Origin: the human T2T-CHM13v2.0 reference genome, Homo sapiens
Reading direction: 5' to 3' (one strand)
Length of the DNA: 64,000 bases
NCBI RefSeq assembly: GCF_009914755.1
Contig: NC_060929.1
Below the pieces are notes generated by a model. It saw nothing but the letters and a program-made list of their open reading frames with translations, did not search any database and had not been told where the DNA came from. How positions within the stretch are numbered: position 1 is the stretch's first letter; each line of letters opens with the position of its first letter. Below, in pieces: positions 31,618 to 51,090 of this stretch. Both the position numbers and the translations under genes were made by a program.

Positions 31618-32941
31618 AGAAAGAGGAATTTGAACTCCAAATCTATGGTCATTTCTGACTTGAAAGTTCTACACCTCCCATTTAATTACATTTAAAGGAA
31701 AAGTATTCCTATAGCAAACAGCAAAGGATGTTATTAGATTCATGAGCTTGATTTTATAGTTTATCCCTCCTGACTTCTTTCATTTTGACTTACTCATTAA
31801 CTATAAGCACAATTCCAATTTCCCACCTGCCTAGAATCTTTGAAAATTCAAAAAGATGTCAAAGCACTTACCCAAAATCTGTCAAAGTTTAGGCTGTATT
31901 AGTATTGATTTGAGTTCATCGTAAATGCTCTAGACTGGAAGACAGAAAGAAGACCAACATGTAGAAGCGACAAAGTAGTGTTTTGTTTGTGTGTTTGTGG
32001 AGACGGGGAGAAAAGGAGATGTGGAGGACCGGCAAAAGCTAGTGCTCTCTGAGTGGCAAGGAGCTTCCAGAAAAAGCAGAGTGCTTTTTGGAGGTATTCA
32101 GTGAAACCATCAGTCATAATCGACCTGGGACTCTATAGAAGAGATTCAACACTAAGAAGGAAAGTAGGGTGATCTCTAAAGTCCTTTCCAACTCTAAGAT
32201 TCTATTATAAGTAGAAAACAAAACAAGACCTTTGTTGTAGCACTGGACTCTATAAAGTTTCCGTAAATAACAGTATTATCACAATAGAATTGATTGTAAT
32301 CAAAAGAGTGAAGCACTCATTTTTACATAATGGATCATAAAAATAGTATTGATTAAAAAATATTAACACTGTACATATTAAAATAAAATCCTGTTTATAA
32401 CATCACAATATTGTTCTTAATTTCTAAAAGAAACCCCAAGGGCTGTGGCACCTGAATAATCTCTAACAATGAACATATTGCCTTAATTATTAACACTAGC
32501 AATTAAAATGTAGGAGAGGCAAATTGATCTTTTTTCTCTAAGAGCTTTATCTGTTTCTCTAAAGGACAGTTAAAATCATCTAAGCACCATAAAAACTGGT
32601 GAAATCCTAAAAGGAAATTAGCAATTTCTAAGGTAAATATAAATTATTTTCTTTTGGACTCATTTTTTGATTTGTTTTGTTTTAGACATTTTCTTTCTAT
32701 TTTCTAGTTTAAGCTGTAGCTGTAAATACAAAATAAAGCACAGGAAAAATGTTCCACAGTATTTGTCTCCAAAAAAGACCTAAGATATTTCAGTACTTTA
32801 ACTCCAGCTTCTAATGTCCCAGTCAAATGTTACTACAGCATTTTTGCTTTTGACAGATGTTAGAAAACAAGCCAAGGCAGAAAATATCAGATACAGTGAA
32901 TACAATGGTATTGAATACAATAGTAATAGTTAACAAAATGT

Positions 32942-34351
<1,410 letters not shown>

Positions 34352-34486
34352 AATAGTTAACAAAATGTCCCTTTTGGTAACAGATTACCAACCAATAAAA
34401 GCAAATTTACTGAGATAAAAACAAAATATCTGAATTGTTAATTGTTAGAGTCTGGTGCTATAGATTTGAGACGTCATGAATTTGCT

Positions 34487-35062
34487 TATATATATATATA
34501 TACACACACTATATACTACAGATATAGCATATACTGTATATTGAGATATATATACACTATATATGCTATATAGTATACTATAATATAGTATGTTTACTAT
34601 ATATACTCTATAGTATATATAGTAATAGTATATAACATACTATTAGTATAGTATATATAGTATATATAGTTTATAATAGTATATATACTATTATATATAC
34701 ACACTATAGTATATAGTATACTATAGTATAGTATATATAGTAGTAGAATATATTATATACTATTATGTAGTATATAATACTATGTATAGTAATATATACT
34801 ATTAGTATAGTATACAATAGTATATGTAGTAATATATATTGTTAGTATAGTATACAATAGTATATGTGGTAATATATACTGTTAGTATAGTATACAATAG
34901 TATATGCAGTAATATATACTATTAGTATAGTATACAATAGTATATGTAGTAATATATACTATTACCATATTATATAATAGTATATGTAGTAATATATACT
35001 ATTACTACAGTATATATTACTATATATACTATAGTAAGTATGTGTGCATATGTGTATATGTA
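34487..35062 (+). repeat. AT-rich TA/TAG low-complexity tract containing a ~40-bp minisatellite
   Basis: About 5 units of agtaatatatactattagtatagtatacaatagtatatgt at about 34788-35000. Confidence 0.9.
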
Positions 35063-35116
35063 TATACTATTTACTTCTTACATGACTCTCTAAGCAGTGT
35101 TTAGGAAAGTGAGTTA

Positions 35117-35695
<579 letters not shown>

Positions 35696-36294
35696 CTAAC
35701 TTCTTACCATGGGTAAGAAAATAAAAAGAGAGAAAACTGGGCATTTTAAAAGAAAAAATTATGCTACGCCCTGTGTATAATGATCATATTGCATTGTTTG
35801 AAATGTGAAACAGTGATTATGTTGCTAATTACTGAAAACTTCTAGATAAGAATTAATTTCTGCTCCAAATTATTTTAAGATCCCTCTTTACCTTAAATGC
35901 TATGAATATTTCTCTTCTAGGATGCGCAGAGATTGAATAAAACAGAAAGATACTATACGAACATTGGAAAAAATTATTTAACAAAATTAAATTCCATAAA
36001 TATCTATGCTCCATGTGGCACAGTAACTCCTAATACATGAATGAAAAGCACTATTTCCTGATAGGAAATGCTCTCCCCACTACGGATACAATTACTTAAG
36101 TCCATAATTCCTTGCATTACCAAGCCAACTGAATAGAAGCCAAAGCTGCTATAAAGATTACATTGTAAAAGAAGCAAAATTTGTTGATTTGTAACTATTT
36201 TGAAGTTTAGTCTAATAGCTTAAATTTTCCCATTCCCAGGCAGTATGTAGAGATTCAAAAAGTACTATTTATTGGATGTCAAAGAGGGTGTAGT

Positions 36295-36627
<333 letters not shown>

Positions 36628-36694
36628 AGGATGTAGTTTCTTAAACTGAGATCTAGAAGTGGCTCCTTAGAACTTTTTTTAAAAGCATGAAAAT

Positions 36695-36840
36695 GAGCCA
36701 GGCACAATGGCACATGCCTGCAACCCTAGCTACTCAGGAGGCTGAGATGGGAGGATCACTTGAGCCCAGGAGTTCAAGATCAGCCTGGGCAATATAGTAA
36801 GAGCTCATCTCAAAAAATAAATAAAAAATAAAACATTAAA
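36695..36840 (+). mobile_element. FLAM
   Basis: Monomer ggaggatcacttgagcccaggagttcaag and A-rich tail. Confidence 0.85.
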
Positions 36841-38399
36841 ATAAGCATATGCCAAACCAAAAGTAATTTGAAAAGGCCTGACTCCAAATTAGGCCAGAGA
36901 TTTATAGAAAATTAATCAATTATCCAAAAAAAAAAAAAAAAAAAGCTAGTGAGTATACTTTCTTCTCATTTTGCTCCTTTTTGATTGATGTTCAAAGAAA
37001 TTTGATTCTAGAGGGAATGGGACTCCTATTCAATTTTCTAGAAGTTACTTATATGCATCAGAGAGCAAAAGGCAGCTAGAATCTGTTGGAGATTTTCTGG
37101 GATTACCTGAAGATTTAAGAACCATGGCATACGGGAAGAACTGCAAACTCTAAAGTTTGTAGACAAAGTTCAAAGTCACAATTTTCTAGGTTTATGTAAA
37201 CTCTTTGGATCTCAGTATTTTTTTTTCATTTAAAAAAATGGGTATACTAATGCCTCAAAAGATTAAAGATAATATATTTAAATGTATAGAGTATAAGAGT
37301 CACTCTCGCATAATATATTAAAAAGAGAAAACAGAAAGCCACTTAAGGAGCCTTAAGCAAAATTATATTCACAAACTGTTTTGAAGTCAGAGATATTAGA
37401 TCAAATTGTAAATTACATGAGGTTCTAATCCTATTTAATTTATTACATTAGTATGTTTTAGAGATGGCATATACCCACAAGTCTTGAAAAACTTAAAGAA
37501 ATATGTCAGTTAATGGCAGAAATAACTATCATAGGCAGTAAATGGTAAAGAAAGGTAATATATTAAAAAGTAAAAGTCTTATTGCTTCATTTTTAAACTT
37601 TTAATAAGGACTGCAGAAATTTAACATCCAAACTAAACAATCTAATAGAATTACTGAACATAGGCTTGACTGAAGGAAAATAAACATTATTTTGTAATCA
37701 AGAACCATATCTGAGTATGGTAATAGCGATGCTGAAGAGATAAGCAACATGGAAAAAAGATGCATTTTATTTAACCTCAAATATACAGTGTTCTCCTGGG
37801 TGTCATGATCTTCCTCATTCCTGGACCAGATTCTGTAATTCTACCTAGTGACCCTCTAGCCCTTAGCTTTCAAACTGCAGAAGAGGGGCTCCCTACATTT
37901 TTGTGTAACATTATTGCAAGGACTCCAATACCATGGTGTTAAATATATATGACATAATTCAGTAGGGCAGCTCTTAGTCATTTCACTCAAAATCTTCTTG
38001 CTCTGCTAAAGGGGCTTTGCTGAAAGACAAATCCTGATGACTGACAGCATATGGCACTCAGATTTGTCTGTCCTCCTCCCTAGAACTCATATCCTGAGTC
38101 ATGCTCACATGTCTGGAACTTCACCCATAGGAACTCTCTTCTGGAAGAACTTTCATTAAATTTTGCCGACAGCCTTCTGTAAGATTGCTCCACTCTACTG
38201 TCAGAAATGCTGATTTGTCTGAGGATCAAGCAAGGACTCACAGGAGTACTTTTCCAGGAAGCTCTTCAACTCCCATGCAATTAAGTTTCCAGCCCATTAT
38301 TAAATAGATAGCTCCAACCATGTCTGAGATGCCAGATTCAACCACTTCCTGCACTGCAGAGAAATCACTGTTAGTGAACAAAAAAGTAAAAAACAAAAA

Positions 38400-38660
38400 A
38401 ATCATGTTCTCCCTTATAAGAGGCAGCTAAACAATGGGTACACCTGGATGTATAGAGGGAAATAATAGACATAGGGGACTCCAAGAGGAGAAAGGGTGGG
38501 AAACAAGTGAGGGTTAAAAAATTATCTACTGGGTACAGTGTTCACTATTCAGGTGATGGATACACTGGAAGCCCAAACTCCGCCATAACACAATATATTC
38601 AGGTAACATACCTGCAAATGTACCCCCTACATCTATAAAAATTTTTTAAGATTAAAAAAA
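38400..38660 (+). mobile_element. L1 3' UTR fragment (L1PB/L1MA-like)
   Basis: catgttctcccttataag...aataatagacataggggactcc...gggtacagtgttcactattcaggtgatgg. Confidence 0.8.
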
Positions 38661-38781
38661 ATTTAAGGCAGGAGAATTCATGTAAATTGGGGTAATCCAT
38701 GGCGTGTTGGTGGGGCACAGATAATCCAAGCCCTCCCTAACACAATTTTTATGCTCTTCTTTTGTCATAATCAGGAGACTG

Positions 38782-38920
38782 ATTTTTTTTTATTTTTTTT
38801 TTGAGGAGACAGGGTCTCACTTATGTTGATCGGGCTGGTCTCCAAGAGCTGGCCTCAAGCTATCCTCCTGCCTCAACCTCTCAAAGTACTGGGATTACAG
38901 GAATTAGTCACTGTGCCTGA
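38782..38920 (-). mobile_element. Alu monomer/FLAM
   Basis: T-tail, ggcctcaagctatcctcctgcctc...gggattacagg. Confidence 0.8.
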
Positions 38921-39253
38921 CTGAAGCTGGATCTTAAAAACACCATAGTTCCCTAAAAGTATAGAGCCAGTATGGTGCTGTAGCCAAAGGTAAAGCCATG
39001 CTTTGTCAGAATAAGGTATTGAATACAAAACAGTAGCTCATTCCAGTATTATCATATATGGAATACTGCATACAGTTCGGGTTGCTAAACTACAACATAG
39101 AGTCAAGAAAAATAAAATTCCAAGGAAGGATGGATAAGAAGTTAGCAATATATAAGTTTTGCTAATAAAGCATATGAACGCAATCAGAATGCTTTCAAAA
39201 TCCAACTCAGTTACATATGAGGGAAGGAAGAACCTACTCAATACCTGTGATTA

Positions 39254-39670
<417 letters not shown>

Positions 39671-40458
39671 AGCTTATTTTGAGATAGTTTTAGACTTAAA
39701 ATAGAAAAAATTTATATAAGTAGTACAAAGACTTCACATATACCCTCTACCCAGCTTCCCTAAATGTTAATATCTCTCCTAACCACAGTAAAATTTCAAA
39801 CCCAGGAAATTAACATTGATACTATACTATTAACTAGTGTACAGTATTTATTCAAATTTCACCAGTTGTCCCACTAATACCCTTTTTTCTGGTCCAGGAT
39901 CCAATCCAGAATCTGACACTGCACATAGTTGTCATATCTCCTTTGTCTCCTCAGTCTGGACACTTCTGTAGCCTTTCTCTATCTTTCTTGACCTTTACAT
40001 TTTTTAAGAGTATTGGCTAGTTTTTTTTGTAAAATATCTCTTAACCTTAGTTTGTCTGATGTTCCCTCATGAGTAAATGCAGTTTATACATTTTTGGCAA
40101 GAATGTCTGGCTGTAAGATAGAAATATATATAGGAAAATTACAAAAAAGAATGCCCACAGTTCTGTTGAGCCCTTCTCAGTGCATCTTATCTAAAAGAAC
40201 GTGATGCCAATGTGTCTCATTACTGATGATAACTTTGATTTCTTGTTTAAAGTCAAGTCTACCAAGTTTCCCCTCTGTAATAATTTCTCACTGTAACTAA
40301 TGAGTATTTCATGGAAAGATACTTTGAGCTTCTGTGAATATCCTTTTTCTCATCACTTTCACTCATTCATTTTAAGCATCCATTAATAAATCTTACCTAT
40401 AGTATCTATTACTGAGGTGTTTGTCAAACAATGAGTTTCTATTTCCTCATTGTTTCTA

Positions 40459-40761
40459 CTTTTTTTTTTTTTTTTTTTTTGGCAGGGTCTCACTCCATCA
40501 CCCAGGCTGGAGTGCAATGGCACAATCACAGCTTACTGCAGCCTTGACTTCCCAGGCTCAGGTTATCCTCCCCACCTCAGCCTCCCAAGTAGCGGAGACT
40601 ACTAGTGCATGCCACCACGCCCAGCTAATTTTTGTATTTTTCGTAGAGATGGGATTTTGCCATGTTGCCCAGGCTGGTCTCAAACTTGTGAGCTGAAGCG
40701 ATCCACCCACCTCAGTCTCCCAAAGTGCTGGGATTACAAGCATGAGCCACCACACCAGGCC
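40459..40761 (-). mobile_element. AluJ-like
   Basis: cttactgcagccttgacttccc; full dimer. Confidence 0.92.
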
Positions 40762-40808
40762 TGCTTCAATATTTATTAATTGAGATTTTAAAATAAGAAA
40801 AAACTGTC

Positions 40809-41141
<333 letters not shown>

Positions 41142-41990
41142 CTACTCATTCCTGTTTTTGTTTGTTTACTTATTATTTATTTATATCAATATAGACTCGT
41201 GAATGTTTATTTTATGGTTTATAATCAATTACCTAAATAAATTTTTTTTGCTCAATTTTTCCAGATTTGGCCATCGAGTACTTTTCCCAGTTAGCTCCCA
41301 TATCCTTTTGGTAAGACTCCACATCACCTTTTGAATACTTCTTACTTTCCGGCTGTGGAAGATGTTTTAAATTCTTATTGTACTTTTCTTGCTCTCGCCC
41401 TGGAGTCAATCACTTCTTCAAATAACCATTTTCTGTTTATGCAGAAAGGGAGAGAGTTAAGCAGAATATTTTTAACTCTAGAGTCAGTCCTGGGCTTTTT
41501 CAAGTCTCTTTCTGATTCTACTACTTGGAGATACTTGCCAGAAAGTAAGTTATTTGAAAAAAATTTAAAAGGCTTACAGGACCATTTTTAAACTTTGGCT
41601 GAGGCAAACTCAGATGTAATTTCCCCATCTAACTTCTGGTCTCCTTGTTATTATAGTTCCACATACATCAGAAATAAAGTTCCCTTGGAGACTGGAGAAC
41701 TCCACCTACCATTTTAACAAAATATTGAATTATGTGATTCTTGGTAGAGAGTAACAAAAGTCTTTTTTTTAAGGGAGTTTTTTCAACATTCAGAGAGTTC
41801 CAAAAGGCTAGCTAGATCTCTAGTCTGAGTTTTCTGGGGGATAAAATATTCCAGACCCAATGAAGAAAACTGAGGAGCCAACATAACTCATTATTGTAGG
41901 GTTACAGACATCAGACTTTTTAGAGAAATATGATTTAGATTCAGGTTTAATGTGACAAAGATTGCTGACTCTTTCCAATATTCATTCTCC

Positions 41991-42861
<871 letters not shown>

Positions 42862-43688
42862 TAGCCACCCAGAGTAGTAGAGCTATACTTTCCAAGCTTC
42901 TCTAAAGCCAGGTGTGACGGTGTCACCATGGTCTGGCCAATGAGATGAGTAAGTGACATTTGTAACTCCCCAGTTATATTCTTAAAGAAATGGGTCATGC
43001 CCACCACTTTCCTTTTTTCTTCTTCCTCATGACTGAGACATGGACATTCTAGCAAAAGCTAGAGAAGTCATCTTATGCAAAAAACATGGAAGTCACATGC
43101 TAAAGAGGTCACACATTAAAGACGACAAGCTACAGCCTTGACATCATGGAGCTGCCATGTTAGGTATGGTCAGCTTACACTTAGGTTGAAACATGAGAAA
43201 GAAATTAACTTCTGTTTTTCTTCAGCCACTAGTATTTGGGGATCTTTTTATAACAGTTAAACCTATATCTAACTAATATAGAAGCAGTATCTGGAAGGGG
43301 GACTTCCGCAACAAAAGACATATGTAATATTAATACAGCAATTGAACAGGAAACAGCAAATATTCAGATAAGCCAGGGTGGAAAGCTGGTGACTCTTATT
43401 ATGTCATAATGAAACTTTGGCTAAACTGTTACCTGCCATACATTGGACAGTAAGCCATAAACTGTCAGAGTCTGTGACTCTAAGGCAACTAGTTGGAAAA
43501 ATTCAGGATCTTGGTGTGTGTTGGCTGCTTCTTGCCACTTGAAGCAAAATCTTACAAAAGAGATAAAGTCTGAAATAGTCTCCCCTAAGGGAGGAGAATT
43601 CTATTTTATGAAAAGAGGCATTTTCTGTCTTGCCTGAAATATAACTTGAGTGAAAGTGCAGTAATTTGGGTGCTCAAAGGTTTAAAAA

Positions 43689-43967
43689 AAGTATTTTTGG
43701 TTTTTTGTTTGTTTTGTTTTTTGGAGATAGGGTGTCACTCTGTCACCCAGGCAGTGGTGCAAACACAGCTCACTGCACCCCCAGCCTCCTGGGCTCAAGC
43801 GATCCTTCTACCTCAGCCTTGGGCCACCATATCTCGCTAATTTTGGGGGTAGAGACAGATTCTTACCATATTGCTCAGGCTGATTTCAAGCTCCTGGCTT
43901 CAAGCAATCCTCTTGCCTCAGCCTCCTAAAGTGCTGGGGTTACAGGTGTGAGCCACCGTGCCCAGCC
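43689..43967 (-). mobile_element. AluJ-like with internal deletions
   Basis: cctgggctcaagcgatcct...gagccaccgtgcccagcc. Confidence 0.85.
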
Positions 43968-44065
43968 AAAAAAGCCAATTCTTCTTTACCGAACACAAGC
44001 AAGAATAAAAGGTAGCTCTCAAGAGCAGCTGTAAGTGGAAATTAGAATGTGGCCCCCCATAAAAT

Positions 44066-44163
44066 GGAGAAGGAAAGGAAGGAAGGAAGGAAGGAAGGAA
44101 GGAAGGAAGGAAGGAAGGAGAGAAAGAAGAAAAGAAAGAAAGAAAAAGAGAAAGAGAGAAGGA

Positions 44164-44219
<56 letters not shown>

Positions 44220-44238
44220 AAGAGAGGAGGAGGAGGAG
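44066..44238 (+). repeat. Compound (GGAA)n/(GAAA)n/(GA)n/(GGA)n polypurine tract
   Basis: About 170 nt of pure purine on the + strand. Confidence 0.97.
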
Positions 44239-44594
44239 AATGTGGACTGCAAACCTTTTTCGAGCACTTTTGATAAAGTCCCTGACAGTCAGTGAGTGCC
44301 AACTCCGTCCAAATATCAGATGATGGCTGTGGCCTCCCACTCAGTCCATTGTTTTAAATGGCCTGAACATGGCTACATTAAAATTGAGAGGGCAAATGGA
44401 CAGAGCACAGAGGGCAATAAATAGGTCAGATACTTTAGTTTCAAAACTGTATTAGGGTCAGATCTATGTTTGTGGTTCCTTGTACCTGAAACTAATGATG
44501 CAAGTAAACCAGAAAATTTAACTGGGGAGGGCAAGGAGGGGGATATTTTATTTCCAAGGAAATTATAGTCCTGTTGTTTTTTGGCTTCTGCTCC

Positions 44595-45070
44595 TGTATT
44601 AGTCAGAGTCCCATTAGGAAAGACTTAAATTCTGTAATTTGAGGAGAGTTTAATTAAGGAATTATTTGTACATGGTGAGAAGAAGTAGCTGACGGAAAGG
44701 AAGAGTAGGTCACCCCTTCAGCTTGGAACAGTGGGGTGCTATTACCATCCTTTAGTGAGGAGAGAAAACAGTTTCTGAAACTAGCAGACAAAAAGAGATG
44801 CCTGACAGGCAACAAGACCTTTGCTTGAGGGACACCACAAGCCTAGGGCAACCCTGTGAAGGAGAGAGCCACGGGAAGAAATACCCCAACCTTTCTCATT
44901 CTTCCCTTCCTCTGATCTTCCTCCAGGGCTCCCCATTTGCTGAACCCAATTGAGAACAGAACAAGGAAGTTCTATTGAGGTAATCTTGTCAGTCTCCCAG
45001 AAAAAAAGATTAGGGTAGAGAAGGAGAAAAATAAATAATCTAGAGGAGTAAATAAATAATATTCCACATA
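44595..45070 (-). mobile_element. Probable old ERVL-class LTR nested in the MLT1 internal region
   Basis: tgtattagtcagagtcc...gaggagagtttaattaagga...ccagggctccccatttgctgaaccca; family uncertain. Confidence 0.45.
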
Positions 45071-47527
45071 ACTGCACACCTACACCAGCAGGAAAATGGG
45101 GTACAATGCTATGCAGCCTTTAAGAAAGGTTTATTCTCCAGTGTCCATCACAGATGAGGCCATGGAAGATGATGAACAGAGAGTTCCTCCTAAAAAACAG
45201 AACAAGATGTTGCCGTGTGAAGATCTATTCCCAGGGAAGGGGTCCTAGCAGTTTCTGTTCATCTGGACCAGTAACAGCCTCTTTCCTTTTCCAAATGGAG
45301 TCTTAACTGTGGTTATTATGCTGTGAAGGAGAGATAACTTATTTTTTAGTTCATAGGTTGCTAGGCCACAAGGAAACATACCCAGACAAAATGAGAGCAT
45401 TACACATAGACTTTGCTCAAGATGTGGTAATTACATAGGACCTTTGAGTTATCTCCTCTTTGATAGGAAAGGAAATAAATATGCTTCATTTGTGAGAAAA
45501 AGCGTGTGCACAGATATTGATGTAGTTAAAGGCACTGACTGTGGCAGAGGTTGTTAATTATCCTTCAATATCTATTCTCCCCATCTTCCTTTAGAAATAG
45601 AATCCCAAAATTTATCTGAGCACATGGCCATCTGTCTCCTTTGCAGCCAACTTTGGTCATTTGACTAAGTCTTGGCCAATAAAATCTAAGCAGTAGTAAT
45701 GTTGAAATTCATTCTTTTGTCCTTAAAGTAAAGGAAATGATCTCTGCTTCCCTCTTTTCTTCCTTCCTACTGGCTGTGATGTGGACAGACATGTGCAACA
45801 GTGAGAGCAGTCATATCTGGCTATAGGTAGAAGCTGCATGTGGGAAATGGCAGAGCAATGAGATGGATGAAACATGGGTCCAAACATTATGAAACCACAA
45901 TTATCCCCAGACAACTTATTCTTGAATGTTATTTAAGAATAAAAGAAAAAGTCTCAATTATTTTGAGTATACACCTCAGAGGCCGAAACCTCTACCTTAA
46001 CTAATACTTAAACCAGGTGTAACTAAAGAGAACAGGAAATGCAGTCACCCTGGAGAAAGCCAAGAGAAAGGAACCTACTCAAGATTTAGGGAGGACTATG
46101 CCTTCTCTCACACCCAGAACACTCTCCAAGTCCATGACCATTTGGGAGAATATTGCAAATATATGTTGATATGAAAACCCTAGACATTTCCTCACTGGAA
46201 TTGCATGTGAAAGAATCTATCAGATACTCAGTCCAGATACTTACCAGATACTTTCTGCTTCTAAACTGAGGTGGCCCCATATACAAAAAGGGTCCAGCAT
46301 GGCCCTAAAACCAAGAATTACCTGGGCAAACAGCAAATTCTCCCTTCTTTGAGGGGACAAAGAGTGATTGTCTTTTTCTTTCTGGCATACAAAGCACAGG
46401 GAAACGAAAAAATACACTTGGAAATGACAAAGAGTACTTTATTGAGTTTGGAGAAAATAGTGTGAAACCCAGGGCAAAGAAAGAGTCTCTACAATGACCA
46501 GTGAAGGGGGAAAGGAGGAAGAGGCAAGCAGGACTATTACCAAGAGAGAGAGGCGTGGTGGAAGCTGATTCAGAGCTGAGCCAAATGTGTAATTGAAACC
46601 AGAACTGGTTAGGACGAAAGTACAAGTTTAAAAGTGAGATCACAAAACCGATTCCAAGTAGCCACAGTGTTTATATGTAGAGATGGAATGGATCCTAAGC
46701 CTTAGGAGATCTCTTGCTTGTTTTCTAAGCAAGACTCATTCCAATGCCCAGCAGGGACACTTGAGGGCAATGAGTTAAGTACATCCCCATTTGATCTTCC
46801 TATCAGATGGGAAATTCCCATGTGCTTTATATAGTTTTAAGTTTTCTTTTGAAATGCAACTATGGAAATGAAATTAAGGAGCAACTATTAAAGTCTTGCA
46901 CTAGAAACAATGAGTTTTACTTGACTATGGAGTTTGTTTAACTAAGGTGATTTGGAATACCTTAAATACCCAGGAAGGAAGACGATCCCCTTAGGGACTT
47001 AACGGCCTGTTACTTGTTCACAAACAGAACTAAAACTAGAGACTCACAGGATTGGTAAATATCTTTTTCTTCTTATTCCCTTGGCAAATGTTTGCCTGCT
47101 TGACAGAGTCCATTACTCATTTTAAAGGATGCTCATTGCCAGTTTCCTAAGTATACTATTATTAAAAGATGAGTACATTTTTGGAAAATGTCAATAAAAC
47201 TTTAAGTTAATTTTAAGACTGTAAGATGGAAATATCTATGCAGATGTTGTATATTGATTTCTAAAAATATTTTCTTCCCAATGGCTGCTTCTCAATTTTG
47301 GGTTTCGGGATCTTTTCCCTCATCTACATTAACTGGAAAATTAGCACAGGAAAGGTAAGTAATGCTATATGAATTCTCAATGGTCAATAGAACTGAATCA
47401 GAAGGCCCAATTTGTTATCTACTAACCAAGAAATTAATTCTCTCTAATACTACTTCCTATCTATATGGTCTCGTACAAGCCTCTAAACCTCTCTGTTTTA
47501 TTATGTTTAAAATGAGAATAAACAGCT

Positions 47528-48807
<1,280 letters not shown>

Positions 48808-49511
48808 TTACCTTAGGTAGATCTGCCTCCAGAACTCAGCATCTCCAACTCTTTCTCTTGTTCAACCGCATTCTAATGCCAGCTTCTCTTCTTGCCTTCT
48901 GAGTTCTTACATTCTCCTTGCCTTCATTCTCTCTGTGTAAGAAATGGGAATTATATTATCTACCTGATGCAATTGGTATAAGGGCAACCTAGAAAGCTCC
49001 TGGTGCAATGCTTAGCATATGGTCAACTCAATAAATCCAACTAGAGATGGGCAAAAGCAATCAGAGGCCATCTAATCCACTTCTCTTATGCAGTTGAGGA
49101 ACCAGTGCTGAGAAGTGAGGAAACTGCAGTTAAGCATGGAGCAGCAGATTTAGATGCCAGGTCTCTGGACTCTCAGAGTTCTTTCCACTGTAGATTGTGG
49201 TAGTATCAAAACAAATAAATGATCAAGGGGGAAATCATCAAGGCGTGTTTCCCAGTAGAGTCAGTGAAACCAGTATGAGAATGAAGTGAGGGGCAAGGAA
49301 GGGAAGGAAAAACAAAATAAACTCCTTTTCTCGTGGTTCAGTGGGCTATTATAGCTATATACATCACATAAATCTTCTAATGGAGGTTTTATAATTTGAT
49401 AAAATATATTCTGATACATCACATAATGGAAGATTATCCAGCCACCAGAGTCTGAAGTAGACCGATAAGCACTAGCATAGAAAGGTGTGCCCAATATATT
49501 TAAGGGCAAAA

Positions 49512-49635
49512 GGTGCTGCATGGTATCTACAACATGGTCCCATTTTTGTTTCATGTATATAAGTCTTATGGTAATAAGTCTGGAAGGACATCATCCAGAT
49601 CATTAGCAGTGGTTATCCTTCCATATAATAAAGAC
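49512..49635 (+). repeat. 124-bp dispersed direct repeat, copy 1 (within L1ME-like 3' UTR remnant)
   Basis: 120/124 identical to 52794-52917. Confidence 0.95.
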
Positions 49636-50420
49636 TTTCCTTTTCTATTTTATTTCTGTATTATTTAAATTCTCAGATTTTGATCATTAGGAAAAATAAA
49701 TCTTTTTTAAGTAAAAAAAAACTTTTGAAATAAAGATCAATTGCATGAAAGTGCAATTATTCAGTATTACAAAAGATTAAGAGCTTTGGCAAGAAGAATG
49801 AAAATATTCAGCCCCTTTCTTTCTTAAAGATTATTGCATTTCCTTTATGTGAGCAATATGAGCAAAAATAAAAAATAAAGATAAAACAACAGAGGCAAGC
49901 ACTTATAATGGAATATCTTTTCCCCACATGCCTAACTAAATAAAAAAAAAATGCAAAGCAGGCTATCTTGGAAGCAAGTATAAAAACTCTTCCCAGCCCC
50001 ATATCTAAAAAGGAAACAAATCCAAATTATGTCTCACAGCACATGCACAATAGCCCTGCAGTGTTTTAATCCACTGTTACTTGGTATCTTAGTCCTAAGG
50101 ATCTTAACCTTGTCTGGGAATCCCCTGAAATGTGTCAAAAGGTATACATAGTGCATGTGTACAGTTTTCTGGGGAAAGGAACTATAATCTTCATCCAAAC
50201 CCACGAATATTAAGAACCACAGTATTCATGTATTCACACATATTCATTCTACGGACACTTGAGAATTGTTTTCTTCCGTGCATTGTTATACATGCGGTAG
50301 GAATGTTATGAGTCACTCTACACACATCATTTCTAATTCTGCCAGCAATACTGCAAGTAAAGATTATCCCTTTTTTACCAGTGGGCAATATGAAGAATTA
50401 AAGGTGTCTACAAATTCTTT

Positions 50421-50706
<286 letters not shown>

Positions 50707-51090
50707 AAAGGTGTCTACAAATTCTTTGACACTTTTTCCATTGAGAATTGGGGCGCGATGCTCCTTCCCCTTGAGTCTAGATGGGCTCTGTGACTACGTT
50801 AACTAACTGAATATATCGGAAGTGACACTGTGTCAATTTCCAGGCCCAGGACTTAAGACACAGCCATCTTCCAGTTAATGTCCTTTGGAATAATAGCTCT
50901 TCAAAGCCAGCCATCACATTGTGAAAAAGCCAAAGCAGCCCTCTAGAGATGCCCACACAGAGAGGAACTGAGCTCACCAACCTGCCAGCCACATAGATGG
51001 GCTGTCATGGAAGTCGATGTTCCAGCCCCACTCCAGCTGCCCCAGATGATGCTGTGTGGCATAGAGAGGAGCCATTATCCCCAATGAGCC

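Noticed and set aside
35909-35945. Strong acceptor tttctcttctag followed by AATAAA (also an acceptor at 27916)
   Set aside because: Isolated splice-like motifs are common; no matching strong donor or recognisable coding frame.
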